A stretch of DNA of 64,000 bases from a virus. Taxonomy: Duplodnaviria; Caudoviricetes. The position numbers and the translations under genes were made by a program. The notes below the pieces were generated by a model. It searched no databases and was not told where the DNA came from. It saw nothing but the letters and a program-made list of their open reading frames with translations. Shown piece by piece: positions 25,316 through 35,127 of the stretch. Position 1 is the stretch's first letter; each line of letters starts with the position of its first letter. Location of the stretch: positions 60,558-124,557 of IMG/VR virus record IMGVR_UViG_3300027971_000029, one strand, 5' to 3'.

Positions 25316-25405
25316 ATTTTATCTCCTAAGACGATTAATTAATGGGCCTCACAATTGAGCGCCCATATCATTATATAGTAATTCATTGTGCGGTGCAACA
25401 TAAAA

Positions 25406-26161
25406 TCAGCTAATTTTGTCTTCATATTGCAATTTTGCCATGATGTAGTCTTTCACCAATGATGAACGAACAATGTCATCTGCGGTAAACTCAATTCTAG
25501 TGAATGCTTTCATGTGCATGGCAATGTCAAAGAATTTAAGAATACCAGACACATCATTTTTCTTCTTGTTCAAGTCTGTTTGTCTATAGTCACCACACCA
25601 AATAATTTTTGAACGATAACCAACCCGTGTCATAACGGTATCGATTTCTTCAAAAGTCATGTTCTGCATCTCATCTACAATAATGATAGCGTCATCGAAT
25701 GACATACCACGAATGAATGAAGTACTGATGAACTCTATGTGATGTTGCTCTTCTAGTCTGTCCCATGCATCACGGCGGCCGAATAGTGTCTCGCAAATTT
25801 GCCTGTATGGTTGTTGATAGATTTCCATCTTTTCGTTTACATCACCCGGAAGGTGACCTATCTCACGGCTTTGCACCGCTGAACGAACTACAATGATTTT
25901 GTTGAATGGATTAGATTTGTCTAGAACTTCTTCAATTGCTTTGTATAATGCACAGAATGTTTTACCTGTACCTGCAACACCATGTAGTGCTACGAAATAA
26001 TCACCTCTACGATACGCATCAAAAAATATCTTTTGATTCTCTGTTAATGGGGTAAATGTTTTTAAGTCATCAATTCTAATTTTTAGTTGGTTGGTTGTTT
26101 TGAATTGATTGGTTGTTTTGGCCGCTGTCGATTCATTGTTTGCTGTTGGTTTTCGTGCCAT
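25406..26161 (-). CDS. phoH: PhoH family ATPase
   Basis: GVAGTGKT, GHLPG, RGMSFD, DEMQN, GDYRQTDL, DIVRS. Confidence 0.93.
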   Translation of the reverse strand: MARKPTANNESTAAKTTNQFKTTNQLKIRIDDLKTFTPLTENQKIFFDAYRRGDYFVALHGVAGTGKTFCALYKAIEEVLDKSNPFNKIIVVRSAVQSREIGHLPGDVNEKMEIYQQPYRQICETLFGRRDAWDRLEEQHHIEFISTSFIRGMSFDDAIIIVDEMQNMTFEEIDTVMTRVGYRSKIIWCGDYRQTDLNKKKNDVSGILKFFDIAMHMKAFTRIEFTADDIVRSSLVKDYIMAKLQYEDKIS

Positions 26162-26576
26162 CGATTTTTCCTATTACATGAGATTTGTGGATTTTACAAG
26201 TCACCCATGAGTTATAGTAAGACTCACTCAAAAGAGCGGAACGATTGAAGATTTCAAAAGTCTCCATATAACTGCATTCGGACCTAGATTTGCAAAGATG
26301 TAGAATTTCCCTCCTGTATTTTTCTTTACCATGAACTGCAACTTCTTCAACTAAAACTTTATTAGAACCCCAATAGTCTTCCCATCCAGAGCCGACTCTT
26401 GACCTTTTCTTTTTGCCTTTTAGCTGAGTTGTTTTTGCTTTTGTGAAATACTTTCGACCTATATACTTTCGATTGTTATCAGTATTCGTAATCAAATATA
26501 CGAACCCATAAAAACCTTCAGTTTGTTCTGATGTAAATAGATTGTCATTATATGTCCACTCATTCGTTATCATCAT
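26133..26576 (-). CDS. stand-alone GIY-YIG endonuclease domain
   Basis: GFVYLITN...KYIGRK...YWGS...REIL...YYN. Confidence 0.85.
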   Translation of the reverse strand: MMITNEWTYNDNLFTSEQTEGFYGFVYLITNTDNNRKYIGRKYFTKAKTTQLKGKKKRSRVGSGWEDYWGSNKVLVEEVAVHGKEKYRREILHLCKSRSECSYMETFEIFNRSALLSESYYNSWVTCKIHKSHVIGKIDGTKTNSKQ

Positions 26577-26715
26577 CGTTTGTTAAAGTATCATCATCCT
26601 CAATAATGTATTCGCCGCAAAATGGGCAGTAATGAGGGTCATCCTCAGTTTCCGTCTCAACATATGAAATTCTAAAACTGGAATTGCAGTTTTCGCAAGT
26701 GTGTTTTAACTGCAT
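26560..26715 (-). CDS. small Zn-ribbon protein
   Basis: Manual translation MQLKHTCENC...YCPFCG with acidic tail; AAGGAG RBS. Confidence 0.7.
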   Translation of the reverse strand: MQLKHTCENCNSSFRISYVETETEDDPHYCPFCGEYIIEDDDTLTNDDDNE

Positions 26716-26725
26716 ACTTTCTCCT

Positions 26726-26733
26726 TATAAATA
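26726..26733 (+). promoter_or_regulatory. T4-type late promoter
   Basis: TATAAATA upstream of dps. Confidence 0.7.
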
Positions 26734-26763
26734 TACTTATATCTCTTAATTAAAGGACTTTTC

Positions 26764-27201
26764 ATGGACCTAGTTGAACTTCTCAAGCGTGTGCAAGCAA
26801 ATACCTTTGCTATGTATCTTAAAACTCATAACTTCCATTGGAATGTTGAAGGCATGTTTTTTGCACAGTTTCACGATTTCTTTGCTAATTTATATAACGA
26901 ACTTTTTCTTGCTGTAGATACAATTGCTGAATTGATTCGTACACAAGATGCATATGCTCCTGGTTCGCTTGGTCGATTTGCAGAACTTTCATCTATCCAA
27001 GATGAAAATGCAGTACCATCAGCCCGTGACATGGTTATGAAACTTGTTGCTGATAATGACATTGTAAGAGCATCTTTGTATGATGCTTTCAATGCGGCAA
27101 ATGCGGCCAATGAGCAAGGTATTGCTAATGCTTTGCAAGATAGAATCTCAGCCCATGATAAGCATGGATGGATGCTTCGCTCATTCTTGAAACAAATATA
27201 A
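26764..27201 (+). CDS. dps: Dps family ferritin-like protein
   Basis: KTHNFHWNVEG..F..FH.FF..LY.EL...D.IAE..R; K..WML. Confidence 0.92.
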   Translation: MDLVELLKRVQANTFAMYLKTHNFHWNVEGMFFAQFHDFFANLYNELFLAVDTIAELIRTQDAYAPGSLGRFAELSSIQDENAVPSARDMVMKLVADNDIVRASLYDAFNAANAANEQGIANALQDRISAHDKHGWMLRSFLKQI

Positions 27202-27948
27202 TCACCAATTTTTTTGTTGCTCAAGTTTTTGAGTAGTTGGTAATTTGGGGTTGAAGTTTATACCAGTCATAGCTTCAATCTCTTGAATTGTTACCTTATG
27301 TTTCTCTAAGTCTTCAACAGGCAAGGCTTCGTTCGGAAAGACATAGGCAGATGCCCTATTGTTATCCAAATCAATAATCACTTTAAATAGTTTAGTTGGC
27401 ACACCAACTTTGTTGCCACCAATCGTTTTGTAGTTGTGTTCATAGATTGTTCCTGATACAACATAAACACTACCAATCTTTACAACATAGTCTCTAACTT
27501 TTGTTTCTAACTGTTTCCAAATCCCACGATTGTTATTTGGTACTTGTGGTACCATATTTGAGAGAAAAAAACTTTCACTCATAATTTCATCTGACATTGT
27601 ATTGTCACCAGCTGGCGCTAGATGGCCACGGTCATATGGATGACCCGCATAGTCTGCTAGTTGACTTTGATATTCTCTCTTGATTTCGGGGTCTGGTCTA
27701 AAATCATTTTCTCTTTTTGATTCACCAGCGACACCCTCTAGTGTAACATGTTCAACAACATACTCTGCGGTTCTTGTATCAAATCTGTAGTGAATAGCAT
27801 AATTCTTTTTGCAAAGATATTGTGACTGAGTTAATTTACTTACTGGCGCCCCATATTTAGGAACAAACTGCGGACAGTTATCATCAATAGGATTTGCACT
27901 TGCAATACCTAATGTTAAAATGCTTATGAGTAAAAATAGTTTTTTCAT
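27202..27948 (-). CDS. secreted DNA/RNA non-specific endonuclease
   Basis: signal peptide; YDRGHLAPA, SNMVPQ...NRGIW..LE. Confidence 0.92.
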   Translation of the reverse strand: MKKLFLLISILTLGIASANPIDDNCPQFVPKYGAPVSKLTQSQYLCKKNYAIHYRFDTRTAEYVVEHVTLEGVAGESKRENDFRPDPEIKREYQSQLADYAGHPYDRGHLAPAGDNTMSDEIMSESFFLSNMVPQVPNNNRGIWKQLETKVRDYVVKIGSVYVVSGTIYEHNYKTIGGNKVGVPTKLFKVIIDLDNNRASAYVFPNEALPVEDLEKHKVTIQEIEAMTGINFNPKLPTTQKLEQQKNW

Positions 27949-28662
27949 TTATTTCCAATATTTTGAATAGTCTAATTTGTTCCAGTAATCTTCATTATTT
28001 CTGTTCCAAAAGTTTTTTATGAGATACCATACCATACCAAAGTATCCCATTCTTTCAAATCTTCTGCTGTCTTGTCCGAAGTAATGTTTGACTAATTTGA
28101 ATTTCTTTACATCATATTTTTTAGATAAAAAGAAGTCTTCACTAGTGCCATACTTTTCTGAGAACCCACCATACTCTTCAAATTTGTCTCGGCGTGTTAG
28201 CATAAATGCACCAACAGCAAATGGGACTTTGCGACTCATTATCTTATTCACACCATTGAATAGCATGAATCCAATCTGAGCCCTTTTATCACCATCGTAA
28301 CACTTTATGTATGTACCAATTAAATCTAGATTTTTTGTCTCTAACTCTTGCACACAATCAGATATAATTGTATCTGAGAAGAATCTCACATCACTATCAA
28401 TGAATAGAATGTATGGTGTGGTAGCAAGTTTAGCGCCATTGTTCTTTGCAATAGAAACTGGTCCACCATCAATAACTTCTACATTCAATTTCAAATCTTC
28501 TTTGTAGAAATCGATGACTTCTCTTGTATCATCAGTAGAGCAATCGGCAATGATAATTTTTGTGTTGCCAATGTTTTGTTTCTTCAGATGATACAACAGA
28601 TGAAAAATATATGTTTCTTCATTTTTACATGGAACAACGATTGTAATTTTATCCTGTAACAC
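27949..28662 (-). CDS. glycosyltransferase family 2
   Basis: IVVPCKNEE, DCSTDDT, FIDSD, SED, DSRRF. Confidence 0.88.
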   Translation of the reverse strand: MLQDKITIVVPCKNEETYIFHLLYHLKKQNIGNTKIIIADCSTDDTREVIDFYKEDLKLNVEVIDGGPVSIAKNNGAKLATTPYILFIDSDVRFFSDTIISDCVQELETKNLDLIGTYIKCYDGDKRAQIGFMLFNGVNKIMSRKVPFAVGAFMLTRRDKFEEYGGFSEKYGTSEDFFLSKKYDVKKFKLVKHYFGQDSRRFERMGYFGMVWYLIKNFWNRNNEDYWNKLDYSKYWK

Positions 28663-29413
28663 TATCGGTCTCCTGTGTCCATGTGATTATCTCCCAACGG
28701 CCATCGTGATGTTCTACAAGTGCTGTACAACTTTCAACCCAATCACCATCGTTCATGTACACGACACCATTAATCTCTTTTATCTCTGCATGATGTATGT
28801 GACCACATATCACACCATCATAACCTTTTTTCTTGCAATAGTTCGCTAAGTTTTCTTCAAACTTAAAAATAAAATCAACTGCTCTTTTTACTCTTGTTTT
28901 GAGATATTTGCTAAGACTAAAATACCGAAAACCAAAGCGGTGCAGTAACCAATTGAATTTGCTATTAAGCGATAAAATAAAATCATATGCTCTGTCTCCT
29001 AAAAATGAAAGCCATGGCGCCAGCCTTGTGATGCCATCGAAGAGGTCACCATGTGTGACCAGATAGTGTTTACCATCAGCACCGATGTGTTCTATTTGAT
29101 TATGTATTTCGACTAGACCAAAACTGAAACCATAAGGTATCATTGGCCTTAAAAATTCATCGTGATTGCCAGCAACATAGATTACTCGTGTGCCTCGTTT
29201 AGCATGACCAAGCACACGGCGAACAACATTAGTATGACTTTGTTTCCAACGCCACTTGTTCTGCTGAATGCGCCATGCATCAATGATATCACCTACAAGA
29301 TACAATGTCTCGCAGGTGTTATTCTTTAAAAAATTGTTGAGTTGCTCTGCTTTGCAATCTCTAGTTCCCAAATGTACATCACTAATAAAAATACTGCGAT
29401 ATGTTTTGTTCAT
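28649..29413 (-). CDS. plcP: PlcP-like phospholipase C (LpxH-related metallophosphoesterase)
   Basis: FISDVHLG, LVGDIID.W, GNHD (His rather than the Arg of LpxH GNRD), HGD.FD, ICGHIH, N.GDWVESCTA. Confidence 0.7.
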   Translation of the reverse strand: MNKTYRSIFISDVHLGTRDCKAEQLNNFLKNNTCETLYLVGDIIDAWRIQQNKWRWKQSHTNVVRRVLGHAKRGTRVIYVAGNHDEFLRPMIPYGFSFGLVEIHNQIEHIGADGKHYLVTHGDLFDGITRLAPWLSFLGDRAYDFILSLNSKFNWLLHRFGFRYFSLSKYLKTRVKRAVDFIFKFEENLANYCKKKGYDGVICGHIHHAEIKEINGVVYMNDGDWVESCTALVEHHDGRWEIITWTQETDSVTG

Positions 29414-30042
29414 TTTGAGTGTTCGTACATGACCGTATCTGTATCACCCAATGCCCATTTCAAATCGGTTTCAACTGACCATTTTTTTGTTGCAACTTTA
29501 AAATCTGGCTTTTTTAATTCTCTTGGATTACTACTAGGTTCCAAAATAATTAATCGATTATTTGGCTGAGCACCAAACTGACCATTATCACACATGATGA
29601 AATTATAAGACTTGTGGTCTTCGATATCTTCAGAAAACCCTGTATCAAGTATGTTAAAATCAGGATGAGCAGAATCAACTGTAAACATATAAACACCATA
29701 TTGCCAATCTCCATTTTTTAACTTAAACTTACATTTCATTGATTGCAACTGCGCTTTTTTAATGACAGTTATATCATATGAAAGGCAGTCCCACAATTGC
29801 AAATAGTCTAATGGCAATTCGTTTTGAATTGGTTTCCAACAAAATGCGTGTAATGGTAGTTTGTCATACAATGCGCCATAGTTGTTTAGATATGCTTCAA
29901 TACGAAATGCTTGACCTCTTAGTGACTTGATGCTAACCCACCAACACGGCTCAAGTTCTCCATGACCTTTCTCAAAGTCATAGAGAAACTCTTTACGAAC
30001 AAAACATTTTACTGGTGGTAAATTAGCAACGATATGTGACAT
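29410..30042 (-). CDS. conserved hypothetical phage protein
   Basis: GALYDKLP, LQLWDC.SY, NGQF.AQPNNR. Confidence 0.75.
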   Translation of the reverse strand: MSHIVANLPPVKCFVRKEFLYDFEKGHGELEPCWWVSIKSLRGQAFRIEAYLNNYGALYDKLPLHAFCWKPIQNELPLDYLQLWDCLSYDITVIKKAQLQSMKCKFKLKNGDWQYGVYMFTVDSAHPDFNILDTGFSEDIEDHKSYNFIMCDNGQFGAQPNNRLIILEPSSNPRELKKPDFKVATKKWSVETDLKWALGDTDTVMYEHSK

Positions 30043-30061
30043 TATGCCTTCTTAATATTTT

Positions 30062-30379
30062 CTATACTGAAAAGCTACTGCCGCAACCACATGTTGATTT
30101 TGCATTCGGGTTTGATATCACAAATTGTGATCCCTTTAGTTTGTCTGTCGTGTAGTCGATTGTAGCAGTATCAAAATACTGCATACTCATGGCATCAACT
30201 AAAAGATTGTCGAAAACAAAGTCATCTTCTTCTTTGTTTTCTTCAAGTGTAAATCCATAATTGAATCCTGAGCAACCACCACCAGTGATAAATGCTCTCA
30301 CATATTTCATGGCAGGTTCATCCAAAAGAATCTCAGTTAGTTGAGTTTTTGCGTTTTCTGTTAGAGTAATCATACACAC
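30062..30379 (-). CDS. A-type Fe-S carrier (IscA/ErpA family)
   Basis: GGGCSGF.Y...NPNAKSTCGCGSSF. Confidence 0.92.
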   Translation of the reverse strand: MCMITLTENAKTQLTEILLDEPAMKYVRAFITGGGCSGFNYGFTLEENKEEDDFVFDNLLVDAMSMQYFDTATIDYTTDKLKGSQFVISNPNAKSTCGCGSSFSV

Positions 30380-30753
30380 TCACATTTTAGTTGATAGTCA
30401 TGTATTGCCGCTTTAATTGCATCTTCTGCAAGTATAGAGCAATGAATCTTAACTGGTGGTAAGGCCAGTTCATTAGCAATCTCACTGTTTTTGATTTGCC
30501 ATGCTTGGTCAAGTGTCTTTCCTTTGACCCATTCGGTAACAAGTGAACTTGATGCGATAGCTGAACCACATCCATATGTTTTAAATTTAGCATCAGTAAT
30601 AATTCCATCTTCAACTTTAATTTGAAGTTTCATTACATCACCACAAGCTGGCGCACCTACCATACCAGTGCCAACTGTTGGATCGTTTTTATCTAGAGAA
30701 CCAACATTTCGTGGATTCTCGTAGTGTTCAATAACCAGATTAGAATATGACAT
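30370..30753 (-). CDS. iscU: Fe-S scaffold IscU
   Basis: HYENPRNVG, APACGDVM, GCGSAIASSS, LPPVKIHCS. Confidence 0.96.
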   Translation of the reverse strand: MSYSNLVIEHYENPRNVGSLDKNDPTVGTGMVGAPACGDVMKLQIKVEDGIITDAKFKTYGCGSAIASSSLVTEWVKGKTLDQAWQIKNSEIANELALPPVKIHCSILAEDAIKAAIHDYQLKCECV

Positions 30754-31745
30754 TATGCCGCCTTAGCCCAAACATCTTCTCCCCAACTACCAGACAAAGC
30801 GCCTTTAGCATAGTCGGTCACTCTATTCTCAAAGAAGTTTCCGTGAATAGGTGCATTAATCATTTCTTCGACCCATGGTAGTGGATTTCTTTTTACTTTA
30901 AAAATACCTTTAAGACCAAGAGATATCAATCGTCTATCAGCAATATAACGAATATACTTCTTAACATCTTCACTAGAAAGACCTTCCATAGCACCCATAG
31001 AAAAAGCAAGGTCAATAAACTTATCTTCTAACTCGACCATTCTTTCTGCAATAGAATAGATGCGCCCTTTGAGGTCATCGTTCCATATCTCTTTGTTCTC
31101 TTCTATGTATGTGCGAAAAACTTTAATCATGTTCTCAGCATGTAGAGTTTCATCTACAATAGACCAAGTAACAATTTGACCCATACCCTTCATCTTACCT
31201 GTTCTTGGAAAATTCAACAACATGATAAAAGATGAGAACAACTGCATCCCTTCAGTGAAAGCACTGAACACGGCGATATGGGTTGCAGTGTTCTCTTTAG
31301 TTGTATTCTGTGCAGATAAGTCCATGACATAATCATGCTTGGCTCTCATTGCCTCATACTCAAGAAACTGATTGTATGTTGTTTCAGGAAGACCGAGTGT
31401 CTCAATCAAATGTGAATATGCGGCAATGTGCAATGCTTCACGGGCCGCAAATCCTAACAACATCATACGAACTTCTGGTTGTGGAAAGTATGGTAGATAG
31501 TTTGTTACATAGCCACCAGCAACATCAATGTCACCTTGTGTAAAGAATCTAAAGATATGTGTTAGAAATTGTTTCTCTTCTTTTGATAACTTATTCTTCC
31601 AATCTTTAACATCTTCTGCCATCGGCACTTCTGTATGTAACCAATGTGATTGCTCATGTTTCAACCATGCATCATATGCCCATGGATAGTTGAAAGGTTT
31701 AAAACTTGTTCTCTCTTCTGATAGATTGTTTTTTCTTTTGCTCAT
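30753..31745 (-). CDS. nrdB: ribonucleotide reductase class I beta subunit
   Basis: FFTQGD, EALHIAAY, EGMQLFSSF, DETLH, NFFE.RVTDY. Confidence 0.95.
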   Translation of the reverse strand: MSKRKNNLSEERTSFKPFNYPWAYDAWLKHEQSHWLHTEVPMAEDVKDWKNKLSKEEKQFLTHIFRFFTQGDIDVAGGYVTNYLPYFPQPEVRMMLLGFAAREALHIAAYSHLIETLGLPETTYNQFLEYEAMRAKHDYVMDLSAQNTTKENTATHIAVFSAFTEGMQLFSSFIMLLNFPRTGKMKGMGQIVTWSIVDETLHAENMIKVFRTYIEENKEIWNDDLKGRIYSIAERMVELEDKFIDLAFSMGAMEGLSSEDVKKYIRYIADRRLISLGLKGIFKVKRNPLPWVEEMINAPIHGNFFENRVTDYAKGALSGSWGEDVWAKAA

Positions 31746-31984
31746 TGTGCCCACTCTTGTAATTCTTTTACTGTTTTTGAACCAACCATTCTCTTTACTT
31801 CGATATTTTCATCAAGCATCACTAATGTAGGTACACTGCGAATACCATATTCTCTTGCCAAATCATCATGCACATCAATATCAACAACTTCAATAGGCAT
31901 TTCAATATTTGCACTTTCTAAATTCATTGACAATGCTTTGCATGGTTCACACCATGATGCAGTAAATCTTAAAATTCTTTTCAT
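31742..31984 (-). CDS. thioredoxin
   Basis: FTASWCEPCK, GIRSVPT. Confidence 0.9.
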   Translation of the reverse strand: MKRILRFTASWCEPCKALSMNLESANIEMPIEVVDIDVHDDLAREYGIRSVPTLVMLDENIEVKRMVGSKTVKELQEWAQ

Positions 31985-32632
31985 TTATCTCTCCATTAAT
32001 TCGTTTACAAAATCTAATAATAGTGTGTGTTGAGTTCCATTATGATACTTACCCTTCATCCAACTATAACTATCATACCAAAACTGTCCACTCTCTGGAT
32101 GACAACCAATTAAACCTATACGATTTTGAATAATGGCCATGTTGTCACCATTACTATATGTTGCTATGGTTTCATACGGAGAGTTTTCACCACCAACTAA
32201 AGCACAACCATCATAGAAGAACATGTCGTATGGTTGATTTCTCCACACAACACGCATATTTTTTGCATGTGGTCTTCTTGTGCAAGTACCAGGTCTCTTA
32301 ATATACTGTACCGCATCTACTTTGTCAAGTATGTTGAAGTAATCTTTACCTGCCCAATATGCACCCATGCAAATGCCAAGATACTTACCACCTCTTGCTA
32401 CAAAATTGACTACAACATCTTTGTTGTTTTTCAGTATGATATCATATGAATCTGAATCACCGATACCACCTGGAAATGCAACCATATCAACATCATCAAA
32501 GAAACCCTCTTCAACTTCATTCTTTGAAAACAATTTGAAGTCATAACTACCTGATAATGCTTTCATTACACCATTAGATGATTGTACTGAACACTTCGGA
32601 TCACATACAAACAATGCTATAGTAGGTTTCAT
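31985..32632 (-). CDS. class I glutamine amidotransferase-like (BPL_N-type) protein
   Basis: FPGG, YLGICMGAY, HPE triad. Confidence 0.8.
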   Translation of the reverse strand: MKPTIALFVCDPKCSVQSSNGVMKALSGSYDFKLFSKNEVEEGFFDDVDMVAFPGGIGDSDSYDIILKNNKDVVVNFVARGGKYLGICMGAYWAGKDYFNILDKVDAVQYIKRPGTCTRRPHAKNMRVVWRNQPYDMFFYDGCALVGGENSPYETIATYSNGDNMAIIQNRIGLIGCHPESGQFWYDSYSWMKGKYHNGTQHTLLLDFVNELMER

Positions 32633-34426
32633 TTAGCCCTCGCAAGCTAAACAAACTTCTTCAGTTGAAGCGAGTGCCTTCATATCAATTTCTTCAATTA
32701 CACTTCTTTCGATTCTCTTCGATACTTTATCTGCTTTAGCTAATTTCTCAGAGCGGCAGTAGTACATAGTCTTCAATCCTTGTTTCCATGCTTGAAAGTG
32801 TACTGCATGAAGATACTTCACATTTACATCTGGTCTAAAGAAAACATTCAATGATTGTGCTTGGTCGATAAATTCTTGTCTATCAGCCGCATGTTGAATG
32901 ACCCATCGTTGGTCAATCTCCATACCTGTTTTGAATACATCTTTCTGCCATTCATCAAGTATATCTAGATGTTGGCATGAACCATCGTTAGCAATGATTG
33001 ATGACCATACATCATTATATTCGTTTTCAGTTTGTACAAGGCCTTTGATAATTCTATCCAACCATTTATTTTTATTCAATGATGCACCACTCAAGGTGTC
33101 TTGCCTGTAAGCATTTGCTCTGTAAGGTTCAATGGAAGGAGAAGTATTGCCCATGATAATAGAGGAAGATGCGTTAGGAGCAATGGCCAGCATATGACTA
33201 AAACGCCTCCCAGTACCAACGGCATCAGGTGCTTCACCCCTTTCAGAACCCAATTGAAGATTTGCATCATCTAATTTACTCCTAATGTGTTGGAAGATTT
33301 GTTTGTTTCTTCCGACTGCTTGTGCTGATTCCCACGGGAAGCTGTTTCGTTGTAGATAAGCATGAAAACCCAAAGCACCGATGCCAATGCTCCGCTCACG
33401 AATGGCAGAATACTTTGCACGGCTAATGGCTTCAGGAGCATTAGAAATGAAATACTCCAAAACATTATCCAACATTTCAGCAATATCACGAAGAAAATTA
33501 GGATCCGTTCTCCACTCATCATAGTACTCCAAGTTAACAGAAGATAAACAACAAACAGCAGTGCGGTCTTTGTCTGTTGGTAAAATAATTTCAGAACATA
33601 GATTTGATTGTTTGATTGATAGACCTAGTTTCTTTTGAAACTCTGGCATCATACGATTGCTTGTGTCAATGAAATGTAGATACGGCTCGCCTGTCATCAT
33701 ACGCATCTCAAGAATTCTCTGCCACAATTCTCTTGCAGGTATTGTGTCTCTTACTTCATTATTGTGTGGGTCTTTTAGTTCCCATGTATCATCGAACTCA
33801 GGGTCAAGCATACACTGTTCAATGATATGCATGAAGTCATCTGTGATGTTGATACCATGATGTAGATTCAAGCAACGCATGTTCTGGTCGCCTGTAGGCT
33901 TTCTCATTTCAAGAAAGATAAGAATGTCTGGATGAGAAATATCAAGATAAGCGGCATAAGAACCACGGCGTGTACGGCCCTGGCGGTAGGCGAGGCTTGA
34001 CGCATCATAAGTCCTAAGGTGAGGCATAACACCAACAGACTTATCGTCAGTACTACGGATTCCAACGCCAATTCCCACTCCACCACCTAGCATCGATAGC
34101 CAGTTAACTTCTGCCAAACAGTCAACCAAACCTTCAGCAGAATCGTGAAGATAAGGTAAGAAACATGATATAGGAAGGCCACGCTTAGAACGCCCAAAAC
34201 TAAGAATGGGAGTAGAATAAGATAACCAATGCTTACTGCTATACTCATAGAGTCTCTGCGAATGTTCCTGATTAGAGCCGAACGCCTTTGATACATATGC
34301 AAATCTTTCTTGAGGAGAAGATTCTTCTTCTCGCATATATGATTCTTTCAATCTCTTTAAACCCAACTCATCAAATAAATTATCACGAGAAAAATCTACT
34401 ACAATACCATTAACGGTGTCTACCAT
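32633..34426 (-). CDS. nrdA: ribonucleotide reductase class I alpha subunit (short, no ATP cone evident)
   Basis: PISCF, SNLCSE, VCCLSS, APNASSS, KTMYY, C-terminal CLACEG. Confidence 0.95.
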   Translation of the reverse strand: MVDTVNGIVVDFSRDNLFDELGLKRLKESYMREEESSPQERFAYVSKAFGSNQEHSQRLYEYSSKHWLSYSTPILSFGRSKRGLPISCFLPYLHDSAEGLVDCLAEVNWLSMLGGGVGIGVGIRSTDDKSVGVMPHLRTYDASSLAYRQGRTRRGSYAAYLDISHPDILIFLEMRKPTGDQNMRCLNLHHGINITDDFMHIIEQCMLDPEFDDTWELKDPHNNEVRDTIPARELWQRILEMRMMTGEPYLHFIDTSNRMMPEFQKKLGLSIKQSNLCSEIILPTDKDRTAVCCLSSVNLEYYDEWRTDPNFLRDIAEMLDNVLEYFISNAPEAISRAKYSAIRERSIGIGALGFHAYLQRNSFPWESAQAVGRNKQIFQHIRSKLDDANLQLGSERGEAPDAVGTGRRFSHMLAIAPNASSSIIMGNTSPSIEPYRANAYRQDTLSGASLNKNKWLDRIIKGLVQTENEYNDVWSSIIANDGSCQHLDILDEWQKDVFKTGMEIDQRWVIQHAADRQEFIDQAQSLNVFFRPDVNVKYLHAVHFQAWKQGLKTMYYCRSEKLAKADKVSKRIERSVIEEIDMKALASTEEVCLACEG

Positions 34427-34443
34427 CTTAACTCCAATTTTAA

Positions 34444-35127
34444 TTAATTACTGCTATCTAATGCTTTTACAACATTAGGAAATTTCTGACCAATAATGTC
34501 CCAACAAGCACTTGCAATTTCTGCATGTTCTTTTTGAGTGCCGTTAGACATTCTTAATTTACAATAGTGAATCCATGAACGAAGAGTGCCGTTCATGTAC
34601 ATTTTTGAGTGTGTGTTACCTTCAGGAAGAACTGCTCTCGCTTGTTCTTTAGCAATACCTTTTTCAATAGCCCACTGATATGTTTCTAATGAATGAGCAA
34701 TCAATTCTTGTTGTTTCTGAATCCATTCATCACTTAACAATGCACTACCCAATGTACCATCTAACTCAATACTGTTTTGACGATTCTTTGGGTCTTGCTT
34801 TCTAGCTGACCTTAAACCAAAAGTCAATTCAGTTGTTGGGTCAGCATATCTTTGTGAAAATTCTTGAAACGAAAAAGAACGATGTCTTAAAATCTGTCTT
34901 GCTATATCCCGTGTAGTATTTATTTCTATCACGACTGACACCATTTCAAATGGCGACCAGTGTTCATTGCGAATCAAATAACCAATGAGTTTGTCTTTAC
35001 CTGTCGTGCTTTGTTGATTGCTTGGGTTAGAAACTCTAGCCATGTAAACAATCAAATCTTCTGCACTACCATGTCCGTCTATTCCGGCTGTCAATCCTAT
35101 CAATTTAACTCTCATAATTTCTTCCAA
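34444..35127 (-). CDS. thyX: flavin-dependent thymidylate synthase
   Basis: HWSPFE, QILRHRSFSFQEFSQRY, KEQARAVLP, TQKEH. Confidence 0.96.
   Translation of the reverse strand: MEEIMRVKLIGLTAGIDGHGSAEDLIVYMARVSNPSNQQSTTGKDKLIGYLIRNEHWSPFEMVSVVIEINTTRDIARQILRHRSFSFQEFSQRYADPTTELTFGLRSARKQDPKNRQNSIELDGTLGSALLSDEWIQKQQELIAHSLETYQWAIEKGIAKEQARAVLPEGNTHSKMYMNGTLRSWIHYCKLRMSNGTQKEHAEIASACWDIIGQKFPNVVKALDSSN

Noticed and set aside
28649-29413. LpxH (lipid A biosynthesis)
   Set aside because: GNHD rather than GNRD, and GT linkage, fit the PlcP subgroup better; phylogeny is needed to settle this.
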